Assembly (NCBI GenBank): GCA_963740315.1
Contig: CAVUDP010000004.1
Span: 192,001-256,000 of the forward strand
Length of the DNA stretch: 64,000 nt
From: an uncultured cyanobacterium
GTDB lineage: Bacteria; Cyanobacteriota; Cyanobacteriia; Cyanobacteriales; Nostocaceae
Direction of reading: 5' to 3'
The notes below the pieces were generated by a model, which worked only from the letters and a program-made list of their open reading frames with translations, did not search any database and was not told where the DNA came from. Positions 41,692-51,365 of this stretch are shown in pieces (position 1 is the stretch's first letter; the number at the start of each line of letters is the position of its first letter). The translations under genes were made by a program, and so were the position numbers.

Positions 41692-43122
41692 ATGAATTTA
41701 TCTCCACCTCAAAATTTATCTATCTATCAGTTGGCAATGGAAGCACAAACGCCTCCAAAACGTTTAACTCTTAGTTGTGTGACTCTGCTGGCAATGGTAA
41801 AGTCACAAGTTGATTTACTAATTGAACAGAAAATATCAGCTACTGTTGTGGTTAAGTTTCCACCTCTGAATATTTTTTACTCGGAATTAAAGCGTTATCA
41901 GCAGCATTTAGGAGATGCGACTATTTATGATTGCCAACTGGGTGAGGTTGGAGAAATTCAAACGAATGTTGTAGAAGGATTCGATGTAAATAATTCGGAT
42001 GGGTATCTTTCTACAACTGGTTTGTCGCATCATTCAATACAGCTTGTCACAAATAATCGTCAAATAAGGCGAGAGTATTTTTTAATCATTTTATCTGCCG
42101 AGTTTTGCAGTTTTATTTTGGCGCATCGTCCGCGAAAAAAACTTAAAAAGGCGAATTTAAATCAGAAGAATAATTCTAAAATTCCGTCGCTGGTAACTAT
42201 TCAGACTTTTAATGGTGAAGTAATTCAGCGAGTATTAAATGGTATAAATAATTTCAGTAATTTAGAAAATTTTAATATAGCGACTAGCGAATTTGTTTAT
42301 CCTCAATTGCCCCAAGCAGCTTTAACCAGTCAATTATTTCTAACACAAGTTAAGCGACAAGAAGAAATCTGTTCTCAAAAATATAAAAATCGGTTCGGCA
42401 ACTTTAAACAGCAAAATCAAACACTTCGTAGTGAGTTAGAAGCCAAAGACGAATACTTAAGAAATGTATGTCAAGAACTACTTGTACCTCTAACACACGT
42501 CAAAACAGCACTTTCATTATTAAATTCTCCTAGTATCAAAGCACCTCAGCGACAGCGTTATTTAGACATGATTAAACGAGAGTGCGATCGCCAAAATTAT
42601 TTGATTACTGGTGTGATGGATTTGGTGGAGTTGGAGCGCAATTTAGAAAATACTTTTTTAGAACCAGTGTGTTTATCTGAAGTGGTTCCTGGAGTCGTCA
42701 GCACTTACCAACCTTTGGCACAAGAAAGAGGTATCATGCTGGCATATACCGTACCAAATGACTTACCACATGTTTGGTGCGTCAGCGGTGGATTAAGACA
42801 AATTGTCATTAGCCTTCTTTCTAACTGCATCAAATTTACCCCGAATGGCGGTCAAGTTTGGGTAAGAACTCGTATGCAAAAAGGTTACGTACAGTTAGAA
42901 TTCCGCGATACAGGTGTAGGTATCCCAGAGAATGAAATTTCCAAAATATTTAACCGCTTTTACAAAGTGCGCCCCCTAGCCACCGAAGAGACAGGAAGCG
43001 CCGGTTTGGGTTTAACTATTGTAGAAAAATTACTCAAGCGTTGCGGTGGAAGCATTTGTGTATCTTCAATTCCAGGTGAAGGTTCTAGTTTTAAAGTACT
43101 TTTAGCCACCGTTTCAAGTTGA
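41692..43122 (+). CDS. DICT-like sensor + histidine-kinase-like protein with His-to-Gln in the H box
   Basis: REYFLIILS; VCQELLVPLT; SNCIKFT, DTGVG, GLGL. ATG at 41692 preferred over the TTG start. Confidence 0.82.
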   Translation: MNLSPPQNLSIYQLAMEAQTPPKRLTLSCVTLLAMVKSQVDLLIEQKISATVVVKFPPLNIFYSELKRYQQHLGDATIYDCQLGEVGEIQTNVVEGFDVNNSDGYLSTTGLSHHSIQLVTNNRQIRREYFLIILSAEFCSFILAHRPRKKLKKANLNQKNNSKIPSLVTIQTFNGEVIQRVLNGINNFSNLENFNIATSEFVYPQLPQAALTSQLFLTQVKRQEEICSQKYKNRFGNFKQQNQTLRSELEAKDEYLRNVCQELLVPLTHVKTALSLLNSPSIKAPQRQRYLDMIKRECDRQNYLITGVMDLVELERNLENTFLEPVCLSEVVPGVVSTYQPLAQERGIMLAYTVPNDLPHVWCVSGGLRQIVISLLSNCIKFTPNGGQVWVRTRMQKGYVQLEFRDTGVGIPENEISKIFNRFYKVRPLATEETGSAGLGLTIVEKLLKRCGGSICVSSIPGEGSSFKVLLATVSS

Positions 43123-43250
43123 TGGGGGGATGGGGGAGAGGGGGACAAGGAGATGGGGAGAAAAGGGGACAAGGGGACAAGGGGACAAGGAGACAAGGAG
43201 ACAAGGGGACAAGGAGACAAGGGGACAAGGGGACAAGGGGAAAAGGGGAT
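43122..43250. repeat. STRR (GG(G/A)GACAA)n between convergent genes
   Basis: Tandem octamers. Confidence 0.9.
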
Positions 43251-43260
43251 AAAAAGAATT

Positions 43261-44763
43261 TTAACCTTTAACCTTTGACCTTTGACCTGTATTAACTTTC
43301 AACCCGTATTTTCCAAATTTATCGAAGCAATTAGATTTCTCTACTCCTTCCAAGGGTAAATAAATAGTTAATACTTCCCCTTGTTGAGGACGTTCGCGTA
43401 CAATCAACTTACCGCCAATAGCTTGAAATAAATGCTTGGTTGCAGCCAAATTCAGGCTAATTGTGCCCGTTTCGGGTTGAAACGTCAGTAATTGACCGAT
43501 CGCTTTACGTATGGGTTGGGTCGAAGCTGATGTATCAAAAGTCGCATTAGGTAGCAATTGCAACTTTAACCGATCGCCAGCTTGAATAACTTCTACCTGA
43601 ATATGACTACCCGCAGGTAAGTTGCGAGTCAAATTTTCCATCAAGCCAGTCAAAACTCGATCGAGCATATTTGGATTAGTTACTACGGTAGGCATTTGCT
43701 GCGGTAAAACAACATCCAAAGTTAGATTTCGCCGATTTGCAGCTTGTTGCCAACGAGGAATACAAGATTGCAGCATTTGTTCCAAACACATCGCCGTTAG
43801 CTGAGAGCTTGATGAATTTGAAGTTTCTAATTCTGCTGCCCTAAACAGCAATTCCATCCGATCGATTTGTTCGGTACATTCGCGATCGATAGATTGTAAC
43901 CGTTTGATAACCTTTGCTGGTAAATCTTTCTGCTTCAACAATAAACGAGTTGTAGTGCGAATCGTTGTTAAAGGAGTACGGACTTCATGAGCAAAAGCTT
44001 GCAACAATTCAACATCCGAACGAGATGGGTGTTTCGTCGATGTGGAACTGGAGTAGCGATCGTTTTCTTCAAACTTGCTTTTATGTTCGTTCGTTCCTTT
44101 GGAGTAAACCTTTGTTCCTTTATCATTCGGTTCCGGATACTCTAAAAGCAACAACTGACTAAATTGCATCAGAATGCGGTAATCAGGTGCTACCGGGCAA
44201 AAACGTTGTACTAACTCATCCAATTCTGTAAAGAAATCGGGATTAGTTAACATTACCCTACTAGCAAGCGCCTGCCATGCTTGTTCAACCACTTCTGGAT
44301 CGAAGGAAAATAGAAAACTGCTTTTATCGTTATCTTCTGCTAAAACCAGTACTAATGAAAATTTTTCTGTAAAAATCAAACAAAACTGTTCCCTCGACAA
44401 TGGGTCCACTTTTAGCAGAGGCAACACCGACTCATCGAAAGCATTTTTTTCTACTTGAGTATCTGCGGACATATGAAAAGGCATCAAAGCCAAGGGATTA
44501 AATGGCTTCGCCGTAAAAGTTACCGTCCGCAAACAATCATTTAGCAATGGCTCGCACAACACGGGTGCGGGTGCAGCCAAAACTAATCCTTGAGTTGTAT
44601 CGGGTGCAACTACAGATAAAGTATTTAACAGCAACTCTTGAGAAGCACCTAAAGCAGTACGCCATTGTTGTCGCGCTTTAGGCAACGAACATTCAACTTC
44701 AGTTACTTGACGCTGGGCTAAAATTTCCTTTAAACTCGGCAAAATCCACTTATACTTATACAC
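43261..44763 (-). CDS. hik2: Hik2/chloroplast-sensor-kinase-like histidine kinase
   Basis: EQFCLIFTEKFSLVLVL; ELLQAFAHEVRTPLTTIRT; IDRECTEQIDR; FQPETGTISLNL (atypical ATP lid). Confidence 0.78.
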   Translation of the reverse strand: MYKYKWILPSLKEILAQRQVTEVECSLPKARQQWRTALGASQELLLNTLSVVAPDTTQGLVLAAPAPVLCEPLLNDCLRTVTFTAKPFNPLALMPFHMSADTQVEKNAFDESVLPLLKVDPLSREQFCLIFTEKFSLVLVLAEDNDKSSFLFSFDPEVVEQAWQALASRVMLTNPDFFTELDELVQRFCPVAPDYRILMQFSQLLLLEYPEPNDKGTKVYSKGTNEHKSKFEENDRYSSSTSTKHPSRSDVELLQAFAHEVRTPLTTIRTTTRLLLKQKDLPAKVIKRLQSIDRECTEQIDRMELLFRAAELETSNSSSSQLTAMCLEQMLQSCIPRWQQAANRRNLTLDVVLPQQMPTVVTNPNMLDRVLTGLMENLTRNLPAGSHIQVEVIQAGDRLKLQLLPNATFDTSASTQPIRKAIGQLLTFQPETGTISLNLAATKHLFQAIGGKLIVRERPQQGEVLTIYLPLEGVEKSNCFDKFGKYGLKVNTGQRSKVKG

Positions 44764-45196
44764 TGGGGTTCACCCCTTTATTAAAAGCAACTAACAGCTT
44801 CCGCAAACTGGAAATTCACTATTACTTACGAGCTTACCTACATATGTCTTCTAACGAAAGTAGTAGAACCGAACAATGATAGGAGCGTTTTCCGTTAACA
44901 ATTATTAAAGGTCTGCATGTCAAAGGTCTGCATGTTAAAGGTTAAAGGTCTGCATGTCAAAGGTCAAAATTTGATAACTCCTAACTCCTAACTTTCCCTT
45001 GTCCCCCCATCTCCTTGTCTCCCCATCCCCCCATCCCCCCATCCCCCCATCCCCCCATCCCCCATCCCTAATGCCCTTCCTAAAGATAGATGCATATTCT
45101 CAACTGAAGATTGATTTCAGTTAGAGTTCGAGGAGGGAAAACAGTAATACAGATACTTAAAAAGTGTTGTAATTTATTGTTAGATGGAGAATTTAA

Positions 45197-45859
45197 ATGG
45201 CTTTGGGCGAATATAAACGTGCTGTTGGAGCATTTTCAAGCCGCAACGATCTTGAATATGCACTCCGCGAACTTAGAGATGATGGTTTTGATATAAATAA
45301 AGTTTCTGCGATCGCTAAAAATAAGGATACTGCTAATAAGCTCGCTGGTGTGGAAACGACTGAACCCATTGGAAACCAGGCTGATGAAGGTGCATCAACG
45401 GGGGCGCTGACGGGTGGGGTTTTTGGAGGTATAACAGGTTTACTTGTGGGTTTGGGTAGTTTGGCGGTTCCTGGTGTTGGTCCGATATTGCTTGCTGGTG
45501 AAATTGCAACGACTCTTGTAACTACTGTTGCTGGTGCTGGTATTGGTGCAGCGACTGGTGGTTTATTGGGTGCGCTGGTTGGTTTGGGAATTCCTGAAGA
45601 ACGAGCGCATGTTTATAATCAGCGAATCGAACGCGGCGATTATCTATTAATTTTAGATGGAACCGAAGGGGAAATTAACCGCGCCGAAGCTATTGTCAGA
45701 AATCGCGGTATTGAAGAATTTGAGATTTACAACGCACCCAATTCGGTACAAACAAACTCGGATTATGTGAATCCTGCATCTGAAGTTGATACTATAAATC
45801 AAAATTCAAAGTTGACTGCCGATAAAGACTCTAAAGTTGTAATTGTTGACCATCGCTAG
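45197..45859 (+). CDS. General stress protein (17M/YflT-like with Gly-zipper TM)
   Basis: RAVGAF, GGITGLLVGLGSLAVPGVGP, GLGIPEERA. Confidence 0.85.
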   Translation: MALGEYKRAVGAFSSRNDLEYALRELRDDGFDINKVSAIAKNKDTANKLAGVETTEPIGNQADEGASTGALTGGVFGGITGLLVGLGSLAVPGVGPILLAGEIATTLVTTVAGAGIGAATGGLLGALVGLGIPEERAHVYNQRIERGDYLLILDGTEGEINRAEAIVRNRGIEEFEIYNAPNSVQTNSDYVNPASEVDTINQNSKLTADKDSKVVIVDHR

Positions 45860-45880
45860 TCAAGATTTTGACATCGATCG

Positions 45881-45922
45881 CAAAAACCGGGCTTTTGATT
45901 CGTTCTTAAGATCCGGTTTTTA
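45881..45922 (+). terminator. Intrinsic terminator
   Basis: AAAAACCGG...CCGGTTTTT. Confidence 0.65.
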
Positions 45923-46798
45923 TTTTACATTTAATACATAGCTATTACTTAGTGACAAGTTTATTAATACAAATGCACGGGATATTACTCACTTTAATGT
46001 TTAATATAACTTTTGATTATTTATAAAATTCGATAGGAACCGCATCGATCGCAAGTGAGTCTTAAATAAAAATACTTTAAAAAATTTCACTTTTATATTC
46101 GTACTATTTATAACTTATTTTTGCTTCTCAAAATTAGTTGAAACTGTCAAGAGTGTAAAGGGTGAAATTGTAATTGTGTTTTACCACACAAATACTTACA
46201 AATAACTACATTTCAACAAAAAAACGTTTACCTTATTGCCACTAGGTTAATAATGAGTTGTTAATTATTAATGATTAGTGCAATATTTTATTAATATTTT
46301 ATATGTACCTATACTTTTTTTGACTGTAAAAGCAGTATTAATATCTAAATCACAGTCAAAAAAGTTTCATGAATTGCCTTCAGTATAAAGATAGATGACT
46401 GACTGAATTGAGCTTCTGTAAACTGTTTTGAAGTTTGATTCTCAATTAGATTTACCAAACTAACAGAAACTTGGAAAAAAGGTGGCTAAGTTTCACAAAT
46501 TTGCTAACATCAAATAGCTGCTGTCCGGCGGCATTGCATACAAGCATTTAAATCTTGACAAGCTGGTTAAGAAGACATAATGCTTTTCCTTATGCCGTGT
46601 CGCATTTGTTCGCGATCGCATGGCTGAGATTGAAGATAATACTTCTTGTTGAAGTAATTTTATCTTTAGTTTTCGCTCAACTCGGTACCTATTATGGTGC
46701 TTGTTCAATCTCACATTCGATTGTTTTTAAAACATTCGCTCCTCAACACAACACACCATTTATTTAGTTGCTTCATCTGGCTCTAAAAGGAGATTCAA

Positions 46799-47272
46799 AT
46801 GAAAAAATTTATTCCTCTTCTCATCAGCGGTATTTTAGTAACAGGTGCAGTTGGTTGTGGCGAAGAAGCTGCTAAAACTGGATCGGAAAATCCTGGTGCT
46901 ACAAACGAAGCTTTGCAACCCTCTGCAAGAGAAGCTAGCGAAACAGAAGGTTTAAATCAACCTCTACAAGAGCCTGCATCTGTTCCCGGAGCCGAAACTG
47001 CGCCCGTAGATCCTACTGCAAGCACTCAAGAAAATCCGCTAGATACCGATTTATCAAAAGAAGTTAGCAAAAAGTTGAAAGAAAAATTACCAACCAGCAA
47101 CTTGGAAGTTCAAGAAACTGAAGGGGTTGTTAGCGTTGGTGGTACAGTATCTTCTCAAGAAGAATATCAACAAATTGAACCTTTGACTAAAGAAGTTGAA
47201 GGTGTCACAGGAGTAAATGTTGAAGCAAGTGTTGAAGGTGGCGATAGTGCTGAAGGTGCTAACCCTCAGTAA
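46799..47272 (+). CDS. BON-domain lipoprotein
   Basis: Lipobox AVGC; LEVQETEGVVSVGGTV...VEGVTGV; AGGAG RBS. Confidence 0.85.
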   Translation: MKKFIPLLISGILVTGAVGCGEEAAKTGSENPGATNEALQPSAREASETEGLNQPLQEPASVPGAETAPVDPTASTQENPLDTDLSKEVSKKLKEKLPTSNLEVQETEGVVSVGGTVSSQEEYQQIEPLTKEVEGVTGVNVEASVEGGDSAEGANPQ

Positions 47273-47317
47273 ATTGAATTAGTTTTTGCTCGAGGGTGTT
47301 GAGTAAAAATATTAAAT

Positions 47318-47354
47318 AAACGGGACTTAATGTTAGTTGAGTCCCGTTTTTTTT
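47318..47354 (+). terminator. Intrinsic terminator
   Basis: AAACGGGACT...AGTCCCGTTT followed by a T run. Confidence 0.75.
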
Positions 47355-47387
47355 AGATATTTAACTAAAAATGTAGAGACGGGTGGA

Positions 47388-47519
47388 TATAGCAGTTTTC
47401 AGTTGAGTCCAATACACTCGTCGAAACCTCACCCCGCCCGACTGGCACCCCTCTCCTTACTAAGGAGAGGGGATGGGGGTGAGGTTCATCTGTATTCTAT
47501 CCAAGTGAAAACCGCTATA
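47388..47519. mobile_element. MITE with TATAGC(A/G)GTTTTCA TIRs
   Basis: Inverted ends; internal nested hairpin ACCTCACCCC...CCCCTCTCCTTA-C-TAAGGAGAGGGG...GGGGTGAGGT. Confidence 0.8.
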
Positions 47520-47543
47520 TTACGTCTCTTTAATTTTGGATTT

Positions 47544-49961
47544 CTAAATATTACTTCCTATTTTCCTCCCGGATAATTTAATACTGTAAACCGCTACAAA
47601 TCCACCCGTACCAAGCAAACCGAACATGGAAGGAATTAACGGGAACCAACCACCTTTTGTAAAAGCAAACCAACAAACTATATATAAAATAATTGCAGCG
47701 CTACTAATTGCTATTATTTGATGTTTAGGATTTCGCCAGTACCAAATTATTATTCCACCCGAACAAGAAAAAAACAAAACTAAAATAGTATCTCCCCATT
47801 GAGGTAGCCACCATAATAAAGTTCGATTGTCTTCTACAGCATCCAAAATTTGACTTATTGCATGAGCGTGAATAAATAATCCTCTGATTTCTCCGTGGGG
47901 TGTATCGTGAATATCTCGAATGCTTGTGGCTGTAACGCCAACTAATACAATTCTATTTTTTACCCAATCAGGATTAAAATTATTACTCGAATCTAAAATA
48001 TCTCTAATAGTAACTTGTTGGGCGATGGTAGGAGTATTACGATAATTAATTAATAGTTGATTTCCGCTTGCATCTAAGTTTTGATATCCACCACTCCGAG
48101 GCTGCAAACGTTTGATAACAGTATCGCCAAACTGCCAATTTTTATCTACTGTTTTAACAGAAATTCCTTTAAATTTAAAATATCTATAGGCTAATTGCCA
48201 AGCAAAAGAATAAGCTGTGGAGCAGCGAGAAGTTTGAGAAACAGGATTAGGAGTGCGGGATAATAAATAGCGACGAATGGTATCATCTTGTTCTTGGGTT
48301 TGCGATTTATCGTCAAATAAATCAACGTAACCTACTTGTTTTTTGTCAATGCTTGGTGGTGGTGCAACACTATTCTTGAGATTATTACCCGCACAAATGG
48401 CAATTAAATTTTTATTTTCTTGCCACCGATCGATTATATTTTTTTGGTCATTATTTTGGTTGCTGTTGTTTATAAGTACGGGACGATCGCGAAATATATC
48501 TACTCCCATCGCTGCGGGTTGATATGTTTGAATTTTTGCTAAAAGCTGGTTTAAAGTTTTATCTGGTAAAGGATAACCGTATCTATTACTACTAATATCT
48601 TCTTCATCAGCACCAACAATTAGAATTCGCTTGTCTGCTTTTTCAACAGGCATTTTTTGCATTAAAAAATCAAAGGCTTTTAATTCCCAGGGTTGCATTA
48701 CTCCCAACCATCTCAAACCCATCAATAATACTGTAATAAATACGCTGCTCAAGATTACGGTATAAATTTTGGGTTTAATATATGGAAGAATTGATGAAGG
48801 TAGGGGAAAAGGAATAGAGTCAACTTTATCTCGTAATTGCTGCCAAGTCGGCGGAACTTCTGCGGGATTTTGAAAAATTACGGGTAGCCAAGAAGCACCG
48901 GGAAATTCTCCTTCTATTCCCTGCAATCTTTCTCGTGCTTCTCTTACTGCTAGATAAAAAGATTCACCATACGCAAAAATTGTCAGAAAATATTTTAAGA
49001 ACTGTTGCGCTACACTATCGGGAACTGGTTCCCGCATGACAATGATTTGAGGTATGTGTAAATCGGTTAACTGAGCGGCTAATCCCAAACCTTCGCAGGA
49101 GTTAAAAATTGCTAGCTGTAAACCTCTTGTAATAGCTTTAGCAAGAGCATTTTTTAATTCATTAATTGTTAAACTATCGGTTCTATTAATATAAATATTG
49201 CCGATATTATCGTCGTACTGAGTATTACTATGTCCGGCAAAAAATAGAATATCCCATCCACGTTTATCCCACAGCACTTCATCTAATTGCTGACGCTGGG
49301 GTTCTACTAAAAATACTGTTTCTGCATCTTTTAAGCTGTGAATTATTTTTTTATCTGTTTCAACATCAATCCCAGTGCTATCACCAATTATTGCTAAAAT
49401 TCTCACTTTTTTACCAGAGGTATGTTTAATTTTTCCTGGTTCAAAATTTAGAGAACTTAAAGACATTTCAGCATGAGGATAATCTGCAAAAAATTGCCAA
49501 TTGTACCAAGGAATTTTGCGTAACTGATTATCTTCAGTTTGGATAATAAAATGAATTTCGTCTTCAGGATGTAATTCTTTACGCAATTGACGCTCTATTG
49601 TACGAAATTCTGGAGAATCTAACCAATTATCCAGGTTTATTTTCAGTTGCTGACAAACATCGTTAAAATCGGCATTACTAACATGAGTTATGTCTGCCTC
49701 ATCAATAGTTATATCGTCATCGTCTTCGTCATCGTCTTGATTAATTAAAGGCTGAATGCTACGAATATTAATTGAACGAGCTTTGTATAATAATTCGTAA
49801 AAAAGTTGCCAGCGACGATAAAGCTCTACTAACTTAGGTAAAGCTGGTAAACTACCAGTAAATTGCATTACTTTACCCGATAATTGTAATTGAGCAGTTA
49901 CGAAGGGAAAACCTGTTTGTAAATTTCCTGTTCCTAAATTTAATATGACTACTTTACTCAT
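47544..49961 (-). CDS. CHAT (caspase-like) - TM - CHASE2 - 3TM membrane sensor-protease
   Basis: His/Cys dyad LFFAGHS and IFNSCEG; WELKAFD, GVDIFRD, RRYLL, IVLVG (CHASE2); C-terminal TMs. Confidence 0.9.
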   Translation of the reverse strand: MSKVVILNLGTGNLQTGFPFVTAQLQLSGKVMQFTGSLPALPKLVELYRRWQLFYELLYKARSINIRSIQPLINQDDDEDDDDITIDEADITHVSNADFNDVCQQLKINLDNWLDSPEFRTIERQLRKELHPEDEIHFIIQTEDNQLRKIPWYNWQFFADYPHAEMSLSSLNFEPGKIKHTSGKKVRILAIIGDSTGIDVETDKKIIHSLKDAETVFLVEPQRQQLDEVLWDKRGWDILFFAGHSNTQYDDNIGNIYINRTDSLTINELKNALAKAITRGLQLAIFNSCEGLGLAAQLTDLHIPQIIVMREPVPDSVAQQFLKYFLTIFAYGESFYLAVREARERLQGIEGEFPGASWLPVIFQNPAEVPPTWQQLRDKVDSIPFPLPSSILPYIKPKIYTVILSSVFITVLLMGLRWLGVMQPWELKAFDFLMQKMPVEKADKRILIVGADEEDISSNRYGYPLPDKTLNQLLAKIQTYQPAAMGVDIFRDRPVLINNSNQNNDQKNIIDRWQENKNLIAICAGNNLKNSVAPPPSIDKKQVGYVDLFDDKSQTQEQDDTIRRYLLSRTPNPVSQTSRCSTAYSFAWQLAYRYFKFKGISVKTVDKNWQFGDTVIKRLQPRSGGYQNLDASGNQLLINYRNTPTIAQQVTIRDILDSSNNFNPDWVKNRIVLVGVTATSIRDIHDTPHGEIRGLFIHAHAISQILDAVEDNRTLLWWLPQWGDTILVLFFSCSGGIIIWYWRNPKHQIIAISSAAIILYIVCWFAFTKGGWFPLIPSMFGLLGTGGFVAVYSIKLSGRKIGSNI

Positions 49962-50081
49962 ATAGAACTATTATTTGAATTTAAAAAACCGCAGAGAACA
50001 CAGAGAGCGCAGAGAAAAGAAGTTTCATAGAGATAGTTAATTTTAGAGAATGTTTGAAAAGTAATGAAACGTGAAGAATTA

Positions 50082-51350
50082 TCAAATCAGATTACCTTCG
50101 TTTCCTGATATTTCAATCGTAAAATCTTCGGTGATGCTAAAATTACTTAACGCAACTTCTACGCTAAATTTTTTACCTATAGGACAAGTAAATCTTTTTA
50201 ACTGAATTAAGTTATCTTGAGTGCGCGATTCTAGTTCCTGCAACACTTTCCCGGAACGCGATCGCAATGCTAATTTGATTGAGGATGGTAAGTAGGTTTC
50301 TCTACCAGCAGGGTGTAACTGGATACGAACCCCGATTTTGTTATCGTTTTCTCTTGTTAAACCAATTAGCAATGCTACTGATTTATTGCCAAGCTGTATT
50401 CCTAAATCAATTATTTTTGCTGCTTCAACAGTCAACTCTTTAGAAGTATTCTTTTGTCTGAAAGCAAAAGCTAATCCCGTATCGGAATTTATCAATGAAT
50501 CTAAAGATTGCCAACCAGTTTCAAATGCTGACTCAAACCATTGTCCTAAATTTACAGCTGCTTTGCTAATTGTTTGGGTAATTTCAACTGCTGTATTTTC
50601 ACTTTGCTGCTGTTGGTATAGTTGTTTTCTTAATGTATCATCACCGATAAATGCACCCCATTTACTAAAAGGTACATCTAAACGCGGTGAATAAGGGTTC
50701 GATTCATTGAAAGTTTCTAATAAATCTTCTATTTCAGCTTTGGATAAAACGGGTAATGCTTCTACAGCAGGTTTTTGAGTTGGAAAAAGTTCTATTCCAG
50801 TCCACATTGCTGTTAAGTCTTCGGTTAATTCTTCAACTGCAATAGAATAGGTTTCATCGGTAAAATCATGTTCGCCAATTTCTTTTAACTGCTGATGAGT
50901 TGTATATCCACATATCCGCAACCAGCATTCTGATAAATTAATTTCTACTGCTAAATAATAGTTACCTACCCATTGCGGTAAATCAACCCATTCACGAGGA
51001 ACTTTGAATTCGGAAAAATCTTTGTCTTCGTGAGGTATTAATATTAATCTGGCTGTATCTAACTCAATAGCCATACCGTTTACTACATTCCAAATACTAT
51101 ATAAATCGGTTTCTTGCCAAATCTGAAGATTTTGAGATGGTAAATCTGTTTCGTTTTTAATATATTCCTGTAAATATTCTAAAACAGTATTTGTACAAAG
51201 AGAATTAAGATAACTCCTCCAGCGTGTGGTTGCATTATCGTAATGATGTTTTTGCGAATATTTCCATATCTTTTCTCGTTGTTGTTGAGAAAATTCTAAA
51301 AAAATTTGTTCTGGATAAATTAATGCTAAATCATTTATACTTAAATTCAT
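50082..51350 (-). CDS. DUF1822-family protein
   Basis: VPREWVDLPQW, YYLAVEI, GYTTHQQLK, VNLGQWF...GWQ, DNLIQLKRF. Confidence 0.85.
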   Translation of the reverse strand: MNLSINDLALIYPEQIFLEFSQQQREKIWKYSQKHHYDNATTRWRSYLNSLCTNTVLEYLQEYIKNETDLPSQNLQIWQETDLYSIWNVVNGMAIELDTARLILIPHEDKDFSEFKVPREWVDLPQWVGNYYLAVEINLSECWLRICGYTTHQQLKEIGEHDFTDETYSIAVEELTEDLTAMWTGIELFPTQKPAVEALPVLSKAEIEDLLETFNESNPYSPRLDVPFSKWGAFIGDDTLRKQLYQQQQSENTAVEITQTISKAAVNLGQWFESAFETGWQSLDSLINSDTGLAFAFRQKNTSKELTVEAAKIIDLGIQLGNKSVALLIGLTRENDNKIGVRIQLHPAGRETYLPSSIKLALRSRSGKVLQELESRTQDNLIQLKRFTCPIGKKFSVEVALSNFSITEDFTIEISGNEGNLI

Positions 51351-51365
51351 TTGGCTACTCCTTTA

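Noticed and set aside
44906..44967. Three AAAGGTCTGCATGT repeats upstream of hik2, as an operator or a copy of the CCTGCATA motif
   Set aside because: Interleaved with the AAAGGT(T/C) heptamer STRR and lacking the ACCAAT box.
46493..46767. Two overlapping ~70-aa ORFs upstream of the BON gene
   Set aside because: No RBS, motif or typical composition; probably 5' leader DNA.
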